Of a stretch of 64,000 bases of DNA, positions 63,337 through 64,000 are shown one piece after another. Position 1 is the first letter of the stretch. Every line of letters begins with the position of its first letter. This DNA comes from Selaginella moellendorffii. Lineage: Eukaryota > Plantae > Lycopodiophyta. The position numbers were made by a program, and so were the translations under genes. The DNA lies in NCBI RefSeq assembly GCF_000143415.4, contig NW_003314288.1, positions 534,939-598,938 of the forward strand, given 5' to 3'. Below the pieces are notes generated by a model. The model saw nothing but the letters and a program-made list of their open reading frames with translations, had not been told where the DNA came from and did no database searches.

Positions 63337-64000
63337 AAATCCCTTTTATATACTTGTTGAAGAAATCCATACCAAACACTATCTGAAAATTTAGTATTTT
63401 CAACACTACCAAGTCCACTCTTTCTTTCCACTTAGATATCTTTATTGGAACATCACTCACAAACTTTCTGGCTACTTGCCCACCTTCCGCAAACCAGAAG
63501 TGCATAGGTGACATTTGCTTAGAATTCAATCCTAACAACTTAACTAAGTCTTCGGATATCACACTATGCGTAGCTCCCATGTCAATCATCTCTTGGATTC
63601 GGTGTCCATAGACAAAGCCTACAAGATACATCAACGGAGCAGTGTTTGCATTAACTGCAAGAAAAGCTTGAGGAAAGCAATAAAAGTTACTCACCTCTTC
63701 TTCCTCATAGTTTGCATTGACCAACTCGTCAACCCCTTCAGCTTCACCACCACCGTCTTCCCTCATGACATTAACGCGAGACCTTGTCTTATGCTTGTTG
63801 GGACATTCCGAGGACCTATGTCCCGACTCTCCACAATGGAAGCAATGACCCACACTACCCGTTCCGCTAGGAACAGGTTTTGCATGTTGCTGCTGCTTGT
63901 ACCCACCAGGAGGAGGAATAGAGGGCCTAGGACCAGAAGAAGCTGCTGGTGGTCTCCAACCACCACCACCTTTGTTAACCGTAGCTTGTGAGCCTCCAGG
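63337..64000 (-). mobile_element. Diverged family B gag-protease fragment running off the window edge
   Basis: [21 protein letters not shown]; matches about 36355-37015. Confidence 0.88.

Overview
Repeat-dense eukaryotic (land-plant) nuclear DNA. The 45-56 bp introns and WW-type DYW domains suggest a seed-free plant, probably a Selaginella-like lycophyte (inference). Most of the window is nested Ty3/gypsy material. One group shares cis-sites: an autonomous chromovirus (called family B here), a related non-coding LARD (family A), a 665-bp TRIM, and two 5S-bearing Cassandra TRIMs. Also present are degenerate non-chromovirus Ty3 elements, a short-LTR Ty3 with a 4-bp TSD, and LINE and PIF/Harbinger remnants. 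Host content is a 5'-truncated SEC16 pseudogene and an inverted-duplicated cluster of PLS-E-DYW PPR genes (two long ORFs plus a DYW fragment). Three things stand out. (1) The PPR-DYW proteins carry an N-terminal OSB-type PDF (ssDNA-binding) motif. (2) Their repeat arrays are near-identical 333-bp units that vary in copy number and at RNA-recognition residues, in a TALE-like way. (3) Two insertions look like end-to-end ligated retrotransposon cDNAs integrated as one unit; one has a GT|AA junction that exactly matches the unprocessed U5 dinucleotides of two different families. Family names A-D are working labels, and all homology calls come from motif recognition rather than database searches.
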